DNA of 64,000 nt from Malacoraja senta (Eukaryota), in the NCBI GenBank assembly GCA_038087875.1, contig CM075991.1, forward strand, positions 11,658,001 through 11,722,000. The letters are read 5' to 3'. The position numbers were made by a program, and so were the translations under genes. The notes below the pieces were generated by a model. The model worked only from the letters and a program-made list of their open reading frames with translations. It did no database searches and had not been told where the DNA came from. Positions 16,080 through 28,623 of this stretch are shown one piece after another (the first letter of the stretch is position 1; the number at the start of each line of letters is the position of its first letter).

Positions 16080-16604
16080 ATATACAATGTTTACATATTA
16101 ACATATTATTCTGTTGTGCTGCAGCAAGTAAGAATTTCATTGTCCCGTTCGGGACATGTGACAAGAAGATACTCTTGATTCTTGGATAGCAAGCAACTCA
16201 GTACACGCGACCATAAACTGAATGGATCTGATAACTCCACGGGTGGCTGCTGTTGGCCTGCAGGAGGACTCCACACCGCCTACTCCACCATCCACCTCAA
16301 TGCTTGTCCCAACATCCATCTGATCCCCACCCAGTTATAATTGGGGACTTTCCCATGCTTGGGGACTTCTTAAGAGAAGGACTTTTCCACTGTGACAGCC
16401 CCCAACTTCCCGACCCAGTCCCACTGGACGTTGTCTCCTCATGTTGCTCAATAGAGGGGGACATCACAGTCACACAGCACATAATACAGGCCATTCGGCC
16501 CAACTCATCCATGCCAGCCATGAATAAGGGGTAGGTACAAAAAAAATGCTGGAGAAACTCAGCGGGTGCAGCAGCATCTATGGAGCGAAGGAAATAGGCA
16601 ACGT

Positions 16605-17235
16605 TGAATAAGGGGTAGGCCATTTCGGACTGAGATGAGGAAAAACGTTTTAACCCAGAGAGTTGTGAACCTGTGGAATTCTCTGTGCAGTATTGTGTGC
16701 AGTTTTGGTCTCCAAATTTGAGGAAGGACATTCTTGCTATTGAGGGAGTGCAGCGCAGGTTCACCAGGTTAATTCCCGGGATGACGGGACTGACATATGT
16801 TGATAGAATGGAGCGGCTGGGCTTGTACACTCTGGAGTTTAGAAGGATGAAAGGATATCTTATTGAAACAAATAAGATTACTAAGGGTTTGGACACGCTA
16901 GAGGCAGGAAACATGTACCCGATGTTGGGGGAGTCCAGAACCAGGGGCCACAGTAAGAATAAGGGGTCGGCCATTTAGAACGGAGACGAGGAAACACGTT
17001 TTCACCCAGAGGGTTGTGAATCTGTGCAATTCTCTGCCTCAGAGGGCAGTGGAGACCGATTCTCTGGATGCTTTCAAGAGAGAGTTAGATAGGGCTCTTA
17101 AAGATAGCGGAGTCTGGGGATATGGGGAGAAGGCAGGAACGGGGTACTGATTGGGGATGATCAGCCATGATCACATTGAATGGCGGTGCTGGCTGGAAGG
17201 GCCGAATGGCCTCCTCCTGCTCCTATTGTCTATGT
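16605..17235 (+). mobile_element. CR1/HER1-like LINE 3' fragment
   Basis: YCVQFWSPNLRKDILAIEGVQRRFTRLIPG... plus tail. Confidence 0.85.
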
Positions 17236-17873
17236 TTCTCAGTGCTCCATCTACACTAACCCCACGTGCCTGCGTTTGGCCCACGTCTCTCAACCTTTCC
17301 CACCCACGAGGCGAATCGGAATGAGTTTTAATTGTTGTAATGTGGAGAGGGAATGGAGTTGTTTTATTATCTCCACCCACGGCCCTGTCACTGTTCCCAC
17401 CCAGTCGCCCTCTCGTCACACACGCACGCTGCCATCACCTCGCTCCTCGGCAAATGCTTCAACTTTAAGATATAAATCATTCCCAACTTAAACGAGAACT
17501 CCCTCTTCAAACATTAGCAGCGGTGAACCGCAGCCTCGAGGGCTGGGATGGGCACTGTGAGGGAAGGGGGGGGGGGGGGCTTCAGGCCACGGATGTCCCC
17601 TCCCCAAACAGCAGCAGGGGCAGGGAGCTGAGTGAGGAACACACGCAGTCACCAGCATCATTCTAGCTGTGACTCTGACACTTTGAAGGGACTGATTGTC
17701 TCCGGACTGGCTGAGCGGAACAGGGACCCAGTGTCCCAGCACTGACTGTGTGTGTGTGTATACAACAGGGACTGGCTGTCCCTGAAAATACTGACTATTA
17801 AACAGAACAGATTGGCCCAGCACTGACTCTCTGCGTAAAACAGAGGCTCCGTTTACCACCATTGACTGTGAAA

Positions 17874-18505
<632 letters not shown>

Positions 18506-19729
18506 ACATGAATGCATGTGTCTGTTCAAAGGACTAAGTGTGCCAGCACAGTGTGTGCAATACACTGCCACGTGTCTCCTGGACTCAGTATCCTGTTTTC
18601 ACAAATGCAATTAAACAGCACAAAGGTTATATTTACTTGTGGCACAAAACGGGTTGTTGGGGGAACTCAAGCAGGTCAGGCAGCGTCTATGGAGACAGCG
18701 TCTGGGATAGGTGATGCTTTAGGTCGGGATCCTGCATTAAGACTGACAGTGCAGAGGGGTGATGGATAGTGTAAATAGAGGTGGGGTGAGGCAGGAGCCG
18801 GCAAGTGATCGATCGGTCGATCCATCTGCCTATCATCCCCTTCTCACCGGCATCCACCTCTCGTTTGCCAGCTCCTGCTTCACCCCTACACTGCCGTCTC
18901 CCCTCTACACAGAAGACAGACACAAAACGCTGGAGTAACTCAGCGGGACAGGCAGCATCTCTGGAGAGAAGGAATGGGTGACGTTTTGGGTCGAGACCCT
19001 TCTTCAGACTTGTCTCACTCTCTCACATTGTCTGTCTCTCTCTCACACACACACTGTTTCATCATGGATAGGAGGAACTGCAGATGCCGGTTTACAAGAA
19101 AAGACACAAAGTGCTGGAGTAACTCAGCGGGACAGGCAGCATCTCTGGGGAGAAGGAATGGGTGACATTTCCGGTCAAGACCCTTCTTCAGACCTCGACC
19201 CGAAACATCACCCATTCCTTCTCTCCAGAGATGCTGCCTTTCCCGCTGAGTTACTCCAGCTTTTTGTGTCTATTCCCGCTACACATTGCTGATACAGGGC
19301 CCCGACCCAACATGTCGCCTGTCCATTCCCTCCACAGATGCTGCCTGACCCGCTGAGTTCCTCCAGCAACTCGTCTCTGTTCCATATCTGCATTTTAATG
19401 TCCGTACTGAAAGTACACGTGGAGACTTTAGATTCCTGCTGCAGAATGAATACTCCGTATTGTCATGATTCTTCTGTCTGCCCACACATGCATGCTCCTG
19501 CTTCAAGCTCAGAGTTTACACATCCACATCTCTGCATGAGCTGCAGAAGGGGTCCCGACCTGAAACGTCACCAGTCCTTGTCCTCCAGAGAGGCTGCTTG
19601 ACCCGCTGAGTTACTCCTTTTTGGTAAACCAGCATCTGCAGTTGCTTGTGTCTTCAGCCTGGAACTGTTGACTTTACAGTAACTCATCAGCTCACTTCAA
19701 GTCTAGCAGTCTTGCATCACCTCTATCTT

Positions 19730-20230
19730 CACAAGTTATAGGAGTCGAGTTAGGCCATTCGGCCCATCGAGTCAACTCCGCCATTCAATCATGGCTGATC
19801 TCTGCCTCAGAATCCAATTTTCCTGCCTTCTCCCATAACCCTTGACACCCGTAGTAATCACGAATTTGTCTATCTCTGCCTTAAAAATATCCACTGACTT
19901 GGCCTCCACAGCCCTCTGTGGCAATGAGTTCCACAGATTCACTACCCTCTGTGGCAATGAGTTCCACAGATTCACTACCCTCTGTGGCAATGAGTTCCAC
20001 AGATTAACTACCCTCTGTGGCAATGAGTTCCACAGATTCACTACCCTCTGTGGCAATGAGTTCCACAGATTCACTACCCTCTGTGGCAATGAGTTCCACA
20101 GATTCACTACCCTCTGTGGCAATGAGTTCCACAGATTAACTACCCTCTGACTAAAGAAGTTCCTCCTCGCCTCCTTTCTAAAAGAGCGCCCTTTAATTCT
20201 GAGGCTGTGACCTCCTGGTCCTGGACTCTC
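19730..20230 (-). mobile_element. CR1-like 3' fragment containing a 33-bp x7 tandem expansion
   Basis: (QRVVNLWNSLP)x7 at ~19912-20148. Confidence 0.85.
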
Positions 20231-20356
20231 CCACCTCACCCACTCTATCTATGCCTTTCACCTTTTCTCTTCAATGACAGCTCTACACGGACAGATCTCG
20301 CTGTAGCATTGGGAGTTATTTAGAAGGAAATTAACCAAACGTCGTTACATAGCGGC

Positions 20357-21110
20357 AAGGCCAGCAGCATCATCAAGGACCAGTCGCACCCCGGCCACTC
20401 CCTCTTCTCCCCTCTCCCATCGGGCAAGAGGTACAGAAGTGTGAAAACGCCCACCTCCAGATTCAGGGACAGTTTCTTCCCAGCTGTTATCAGGCAACTG
20501 AACCATCCTACCACAACCAGAGCGGTCCTGAACTACTATCTACCTCATTGGTGACCCTCGGACTGTCCTTGATCGGACTTTGCTGGCTTTACCTTGCACT
20601 AAACGTTATTCCCTTATCATGTATCTGTACACTGTAAATGGATCGATTGTAATCACGTATTGTCTTTCCGCTGACTGGATAGCACGCAACAAAAGCTTTT
20701 CACTGTACATAGAAACATAGAAACATAGAAAGTAGGTGCGAGAGTAGACCACCAGGCCCATCGAGCCTGCACCGCCATTCGCTCATGGCTGAACACTAAA
20801 CAGACACCCTTACCCACAAACAGTAGACACAAGACACAGAACACAAGACACTACCCTCCCCTTTATATCGCTATCACCCCTCTCCACCCCAAGAACCGCG
20901 GGATCTCCTGGGGAGGCAAAAAACCGGATAAAAACCCAGGTCCAATTCGGGAAAAAAATCCGGGAAATTCCTCTCCGACCCCAATCCAGGCGATCGACAC
21001 TTGTCCAGGAGATCACTCAGGTCTTACTATACTAACCATACCTTGGTCCATATCCCTGCCCTCTCCCCGTAGCCTCAGTACACGTGACAATAAATAAAAC
21101 TGAAACTGAT
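20357..21110 (+). mobile_element. Rex1/Babar-like LINE 3' end with a nested insertion (similar pieces at ~480-760, 11918-12075, 15575-15830, 24795-24935, 36440-36640)
   Basis: ASSIIKDQSHPGHSLFSPLPSGKRYRSVKT.TSRFRDSFFPAVIRQLN motif; tail CACGTGACAATAAA. Confidence 0.7.
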
Positions 21111-22663
21111 AACTTTGAGTTTTTGGGTACCTACTCTTGAAGAGCTTCTATCTTGCGTTGTGAATGATCTCTCAGCTGCTGCAGTCAATGCTGGAGAAAA
21201 CCAGGGTACGTTTGATGCCACTCTGTTTCATGAAAGGTTATGAAGGGGAGAGATTGGAACTGGGGATTGTTGTTCATAAGATCATAAGGTGGTAGGAGTA
21301 GAATTAGACCATTCGGCCCATCGAGCCTACTCCGCCATTCAATCGTGGCTGATCTACCTCTCTCTGCCTTCTCCCCATAACCCCTGACACCCGTACTAAT
21401 CAAGAATCTATCTATCTCTGCCTTAAATATATCCATTGACTTGGCCTCCACAGCCTTCTGTGGCAAAGAATTCCAGGATTCACCACCCACTGACTAAAGA
21501 AATTCCTCATCTCCTTCCTAAACGAACATTCTTTAATTCTGAGACTCTGTCCTCTGGTCCTAGACTCTTCCACTGGTGGAAACATTCTCTCCACATCCAC
21601 TCTATCCAAGCCTGTTGGGAACAACTTACAATTCAGCTACGATTTGCATAAAAATCTCAGATAGATCCAGTGCTATTGTTTGTGTCGGTGCCTCTCAAAA
21701 CTTTAAAAAATCGATTATCACATTTTTAAATTACAAAAAGAATGTCCAAAGTTTAAAAAATAAAATGTATTAATTAAATCAGGTGGACAAAAATGCTGGA
21801 GAAACTCAGCGGGTGAGGCAGCATCTATGGAGCGAAGGAAGAGGTGACGTTTCGGGTCGAGACCCTTAATTAAATCAGGTGGTCAGGCCCTTGTGCATAG
21901 GTTGGAACTGCAGATGCTGGTTGGACCGAAGATAAAAGACACAAAGTGGTGGAGTAACTCAGCGGGTCAGGCAGCATCTCTGGAGAAAAGGAACAGGTGA
22001 CCCTTCTTCAGACTCTGAAGAAAACTCTCGTCTAACGAAGTGTCTCGACCCAAAACGTCACCCATTCCTTCTCTCCAGAGATGTTGTCTGACCCGCTGAG
22101 TTACTCCAGCGTTTTGTGTCTGTCTTCTGTGTAGAGGGGAGACGGCAGTGTAGGGGTGAAGCAGGAGCTGGCAAACGACAGCATTTTGTGTCAATCTTCA
22201 GGAGAGAAGGAGCTCTATACTGTTGGCAGGGCTGGGCTGATAACACGGGCTAAAACTATCTATAGTCACTGTTTATTTAAGGTAAGGATGATCTAATGTG
22301 TAACTAAAGAGTGAGTCACAGTTACCCCATCTAAGGTTACTCACTGACTGTAAGATCACTGTTAATCCTGGGTTAAAGATCATTTACTGTGTACCAGCAG
22401 AGTCATTGTTAGACAGCTTTTTGTGTCTATCTTCGGTTGAAACCACTGTCTACAGTTCCTTCCTACACGCGAGGGCCTGACCACCTGATTTAATTCATTT
22501 TTAAACTTTCGCCATTCTTTTTGTAATTTTAAAATGTGAAAATCGAGTCATTGTTATTCAGCAGAAAGCCATTGACGGGGTAAATATTATTTAGCAAGAG
22601 GTTGGAGCAACAGTGAGTAGGATCAGTGGCAGTGGTGTGAGAGGATGATGCCATGGTTTACAG

Positions 22664-22878
22664 CAAGGGTTCGCAACCTGGGGTACATTTTGTCTACCCA
22701 GGGGGTAAATTTGTTGATTCTGGATTTGTACATATTTTTTCTCATTGACTGACGGTGTTTGGTTCTGGTATACTGGTATCTGTTCATCATTAGTTGTTCA
22801 TAAATAAATGAAATAACATTGTTATGTGCTATTAAAGTTGCCGGGGGTAAACGGGACGAGAAAGGTTGGGAACCCCTG
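22664..22878. mobile_element. hAT (Charlie-like) MITE
   Basis: Imperfect TIRs CAAGGGTTCGCAACCT / AGGTTGGGAACCCCTG; 8-bp TSD GTTTACAG / GTTTATAG. Confidence 0.75.
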
Positions 22879-24678
22879 GTTTATAGTGGCAATGGGAATA
22901 GTGACCATCAGGCAAGGCAGCCCGGGAGAGCCTAAGCCCTTTCGGATACAAATGATGGTGATGGCTCCTTAACAAAACAGAGCCAGGGATGGGAATGTGA
23001 TGGGACTGCAGATACAATCGCGGCATTTAAGAAAGAGGCTCTTACATCGGCACGTGGGGGGGGGGATATGGATCACATCTCAGAATAAAAAGAGTAAACC
23101 CACGCGGTCACGGGAGAACGTACAAACTCCACACAGACAGCACCCGTAGTCAGGATAGAACCTGGGTCTCTGGTGCTGTAAGGCAGCAACTCTACCCGCT
23201 GCCGCTCCTCGGGGACAGACTATTCTTGATCTGGCATCGTGCAACAGGAAAGAGTTAATCTTGTTTTTTAATCTAGTAAAAAGTGAACGTAACGTGGCAG
23301 AAGTTTACGTTCCGATTGCGGGTGTGATGTAATTCAATCATAAACCAGTGTTTTCAATCAAACAAAGGAAACTGCAACAGTAAGGTTGGTTGCAGTAGAC
23401 TGAGAAACCACATTGAAGGGCGAGTCAGTGGGCAGGAACAGGCTAGGATGTGACAACTTGCAACAAATACATATTCCCTTAAGGCACACAAAACATCAGG
23501 AGAAAAATGGTTCCAATCACAGATTGCAGGAGAAACTAATGATTGTAATAACTCTAGGCTTACAAAGTTTCCGGTAAAAACTAGTAAACCTGGAATCCTA
23601 GAATTCAGCAAAGGACAAGAAAGAAATTGAAAATTGAAAGGTTGGTGGGTGTACGGAACGAGTTGCCAGAGGAGGTAGTTGAGGCTGGGACTATCCCAAC
23701 ATTTAAGAAACAGTTAGAAGGTACATGGATAGGACAGGTTTGGAGGAATATGGACCAAACGTGGGGGAGGTGGGACTAGGGAAGCTGGGACACTGTTGGC
23801 CAGTGTGGGCAAGTTGGGCTGAAGGGCCTGTTTCCACACTGTATCACTCTATGACTCTATGGAAAAGAAATGGAAAATAGAATTTGAGAATAAGGAGCAT
23901 ATAAAGAAATTGTATGTGTTTCCAAGTGTACGCAAACAGCAACAGGCAATGAGGCCAAATGTAGGTTGCTTACAGAGTTGGGAGAATTAATAATGTGAAT
24001 AAGGTGCGGATAGTTAAATTCCTTGAGTCTGCCTTCACACAAGACACATCTTCCATCACCCACTACCTCCATACTCCAAGCTACTAGAGAATGAACAGTT
24101 CAGTGCAAATGAGGACCCTTAAAAAAGTAGATATTAGCAAAGAAATAGCACGAGAAGTGATTAGTTTAGAGATACAGTGTTTAAGAAAGAACTGCAGATG
24201 CTGGAAAAATCGAAGATAGACAAAAATGCTGGAGAAACTCAGCGGGTGAGGCAGCATCTATGGAGCGAAGGAATATTCCTTCGCTCCATAGATGCTGCCT
24301 CACCCGCTGAGTCTCTCCAGCATTTTTGTCTAGTTTAGAGATACAGAGTACCTATATACACTTGAACATAGATTAGTTTCAATTTAGTTTTCGAGATACA
24401 GCACCAAAACAGGCCCTTTGGCCCACCAGCAATCCCCACACACTAAACACTATCCGACACACACTAGTGACAATTTACAATTTTACCAAGCCAATTTACC
24501 TACAAACCTGTACATCTTTGGAGTGTAGGAAGAAACCTTAGAACCTGGAGAAAAGCCACGCAGGTCACGGGGAGAACGTTCAAACTCCGTATATACATAA
24601 AGATTAATTTGGAAAGATAGTCCAAGGGTCTCCAATGAGGTAGATGATGGGTCAGAGCCAATCTCTAGTTGGTGATAG

Positions 24679-24779
24679 TTCGAGTCTGAAGAAGGGTTTC
24701 GGCCCGAAACGTTGCCTATTTCCTTCGCTCCATAGATGCTGCCGCAACCGCTGAGTTTCTCCAGCACTTTTGTCTACCT
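24679..24779 (+). mobile_element. Short hammerhead-bearing PLE-derived insertion with 15-bp TSD
   Basis: TCTAGTTGGTGATAG at 24664-24678 and 24780-24794. Confidence 0.75.
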
Positions 24780-25459
24780 TCTAGTTGGTGATAGGATGGT
24801 TCAGTTACCTGATAACAGCTGGGAAGAAACTGACCCTGAATCTGGAAGTGTGCGTTTTCACACTTCTGTACCTCTTGCCAAACGGGAGAGGGGAGAAGAG
24901 AGAGTGTCCAGGGTGAGACTCATCCTTGATTATGTTAATGGCCTGATGTACTGAACATGTAACCCAAAGAAGCCAAGTTTACATCCGTCAATGTGTCTGA
25001 GAAATAGAATAGTTTGAAAAATCTGGTGACGGGACAAGTGAGTTTAAAGTTGCTGTAAAATCCCATCGGGTTCACTAATAATATCCTTGAGGAAAGATAA
25101 TGTGGTGTCAATGTATGATCCCAGTCCCCCTACATCTGGCTGTCAACAGCTGCCTCAACCCCCTGCTGTATCAGACTCAGGGTAGGGTTGTGAACACAAC
25201 CAACTCTCAAGTCCTGAGAACGAATGTAATGGGTCAGAAGGAGGAAGGGCCTCAAGTTAATTAACAGAGTGGAATGAAACTCTGGATACCTGGTGACAGA
25301 AGCTTGTCCATAGCTCCAGGCTGGCTGCTGCCACCTCGTTTGGGAGGACAGATGTCTACCACCTAGGCTGCTTGCACGCGGATCCTGATCTGGCAGCGTT
25401 TCATAGACCACAGGTTCCGTTTTGAAGAGCGGAACTGGAAAACATACTCGGAGAATGTT

Positions 25460-28279
25460 CTGATTAAACCAAACATATTTTTAATGCACATTTTGTTACA
25501 AGAAAAATCTTATTGCTGTGCTAAATTAGAAACGATTCCAGATTTTTAGTACGCTTACAAAAAAAAACCCAAGTTAATGAAACACTTTTTAAACAACAGT
25601 ATTTATGCAGCGTTGCTCTCCAGAGGGGAATCGACATTTCAATCCCAAGAACGACTGCTGCACATTTAAAAATTCTGCAAACAGTAGAACTCTTCCTTTT
25701 AAAAAAAACCAGCAGAAATAGGTCACGTTCTTGATGAATTGGAAGCCAAGAGTTTGAGATTAGTTCAGGTTCCCTAAAGGGCCCCACCGCACCAGTGTGA
25801 ATTATTCCTGAGGAGATTCCAAATTTTAGCCAAAGATTATGAACTGATCAGTCCCTATGAGTGTTTAAATCCGCGCGTTAAATTAGACCTTGAAGCCCAT
25901 CTTGGACATCGTTTTAGGGAGTGGGGTGGAAGTGGACGATGTTTTAAATGAATTTAGCCATTAATTTAATCTTGGTAGTGGCAGTGAACAGTAGTCATTA
26001 TTGGGGTGGGGGGGGGGGGGGCTCTAAGGCTGGGCCAAGAGCTGCACTTGGATGAAGTCTTGGTGCATCTGCTTTGACAGGGAGAACAGAAGAAGATCAA
26101 AACTCTGTTGGTATCAATTTATGACTTCTCCTTATCTCAACAGCGAGCAAACATGCAGACCGGTGGCTTTCGAAACACGTCAATGATTGGAATAGTTGCT
26201 GGGTCTTGGGTCAGATGAGCTGCAGCAGGACTGGGCACTATGTAAACGCAGCTTTGTCAGCGTAAGTCAAGAGATGCCACGATGCAACTTTGCATAATTA
26301 AATACAAAAAAGCGAAAGCTGTTGATGGCCATCGCTTCACTGCCAGGCAGCAAAGATGGGATCTTTAACCAGATATTAATCAGCTCACCGACAGTCACCT
26401 CAATGAAGGAATACACTGATACCACCACATTGACTAACATGCTCATCAGCTGTGCACAGACTGAGCACAAGAGCAGGAACTCAATGGATGACCTATCTAG
26501 CAAATGATATTACATCAGCCTGACTCTGTGCTGTCAGTCTGCCTGCCTGCCTGCCTGCCTGTTGTGCCAGCACCATTTTGCTAGTCTTGCACCAGCCTGG
26601 CTCAAACACAACACTTGCCACTCCGCACCAGAATGCACCAATGCCAACAACTCTCCCACCAGCGAGGATTGCCTACATGAAGCTCGGCAAGAACACAAAG
26701 CAAGCTCCCATTGCCCAAATGTTGATGTTCGAATGCAAACAGCGGTCTATGACTCTTCACATATCCCAAGCCTTCTGAGAGGGGGACATTAATACCTGGG
26801 TAAAAAGCTTGTTGTTTAAGTTTCAATTCTGTGGATCTGAAACATTATTATTATTTGTTTAGTTGTTCCTTTGAGACAGTGCTGGAATGGAGGTGAGCCC
26901 TGAACTGCCCCTGGGACACCAGCACCACAAGGACTACAGTCGGATCAGAGAGAAAGCCAAAACTTCAGGGCGACGGAGAAGCGCAATACATTAATCAAAT
27001 CCCCCGCATGTATTTAGAAGTCTCAATAGCACTGGGAAACTGCTGGAAGCACCCAGCAGTCAGGTGAAATCAGCACACCTACCTGGCTGCCTGCCACTGC
27101 TCAGATGGGAGACTGAGAGCACCATTCCCCCTTTGCAGATGAGCTTGAGATCAAACCAGACCACCAAGAGAGCAAGAGTAAAACTGACATGTTAACCTAG
27201 TTCACTGGCGCATCTCCCTCCAGAGGCCCTGTCCACCCCTCTCTGCTGGGAGGCTAAAAATAAGCTGATAATATGAGAGATACATTAATAAAAAGCAACA
27301 CAGCCCACCCCTTGAAATAAAAAGGGCACAATGAGTATTTCAATTCCCTTTGCTGACAGAGACCTTTAAGCACCAGAACTTGCTCTTTCTTGTCCCAGAT
27401 AGTCCCCCGAGTCTGGTGCTCTCATGTGAACAGGCGGTGGATTCACTCACTCCGTAATGAAGGATCAAGAGTGGAGGACCGTGCAATGTGCGGTGCAAGT
27501 ATATTAAAAATAAATATTGTTCATTAAAAACCTGTGAAACAAAAGCCTGGCATAAACTTCTGGTCCACCCTCTGGGCTTCGAACACTTCAGCTAAAAATC
27601 TCATGGATTCCCAGCCTGGGATCATGTAGCCTTGCGATTGGGTTGTGAACAAACAGGACGGCTGGGGTGTAATGGAGAAATGGACAGGCTCGTGAGTGAC
27701 AATAAGTTCCTTAATCCAGGTGAATTCACAGATGTGGGGATTGGTGAAGGAAACACTGCTTGCTCCATATGGGTACAAGATAATGGCACCACAGGATTGC
27801 CAAAAGGGTGTTTGCAATGGGGACTATGTGAGGATTTCATTCCTGCCACTACCAACTGTTCTATCCTGAGGATTTAGTCCAAGAAGGAGAGCATAGGAGA
27901 GCAATTATCAAGGTACCGCTGTGGAAGGAGTGGATGAAAAGTAGGTGGGGAGGCCAAAGGAACCATTCAAGATGACATCCAAACCAATCCTCACCCCCAA
28001 CCCCCTGGAGATAGCGATCGGGAAGTTGTAAGTAATGACCCGGGAACTTCCTGTAACTTAATGAGGTCCATAGATCTCCCACTCCATGACCTTCAGTCCG
28101 ACAGAGGTCTTCTTCTGACGTCCCACACAAACTTGGCATCATTCGCTGTTGATTGCTGGAACCAAAGGGCTGGTCAGTGGTTTGCATTCCAAGACACTCC
28201 CATCTTGCAAACAGTTACAATAAATAAATAGGCCCTTGTTGCACCTGTGAGATGGGGTGAGCAGTTAATGTGCCAATTA
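25460..28279 (-). other. Probable PPP3CC 3' UTR with ATTAAA signal at 25480-25485
   Basis: ~2.8 kb almost free of interspersed repeats, unlike its flanks. ATTAAA on the minus strand is followed by U/GU-rich sequence. Confidence 0.45.
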
Positions 28280-28623
28280 TCATTTGCCTTTTCCCTTGTC
28301 AGACTTGAGAGGTGGCATATCACGTGTCTTGTGTTCGGTGGCCTGAGCTTGCTGTCTGCGGGAGGTCACGGTCGGAGGCCGTTCTGACACCTGGTCGGAA
28401 GAAGAATCTGTGTGGGCTGACTTTGGCGGGCTGGTTGAGGACTGGCTGCCCTGTTTCTGCATCCTAGACTGAATCCAAGACTGACTTGTGGTCTGCGAAT
28501 GACCCTGGGGTGTTGTCAGACCCGCAGACCTGTCTTTCGTTGTCTTGCGTGGTGGCATCCGTTCATTAACTCGGTCCAAACCTCTGGCCTGTTCAAAGCT
28601 GATAGCCGAGATAGGACCTTTTC
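28280..28623 (-). CDS. PPP3CC: PPP3CC terminal coding exon (autoinhibitory domain plus long tail)
   Basis: GKGPISAISFEQARGLDRVNERMPPRK... to TGA at 28280. The summed exon lengths keep the frame. Confidence 0.9.

Noticed and set aside
16200..16470. Unique purine-rich minus-strand segment with short ORFs (MSPSIEQHEE...)
   Set aside because: No convincing splice sites or homology; cannot be assigned.
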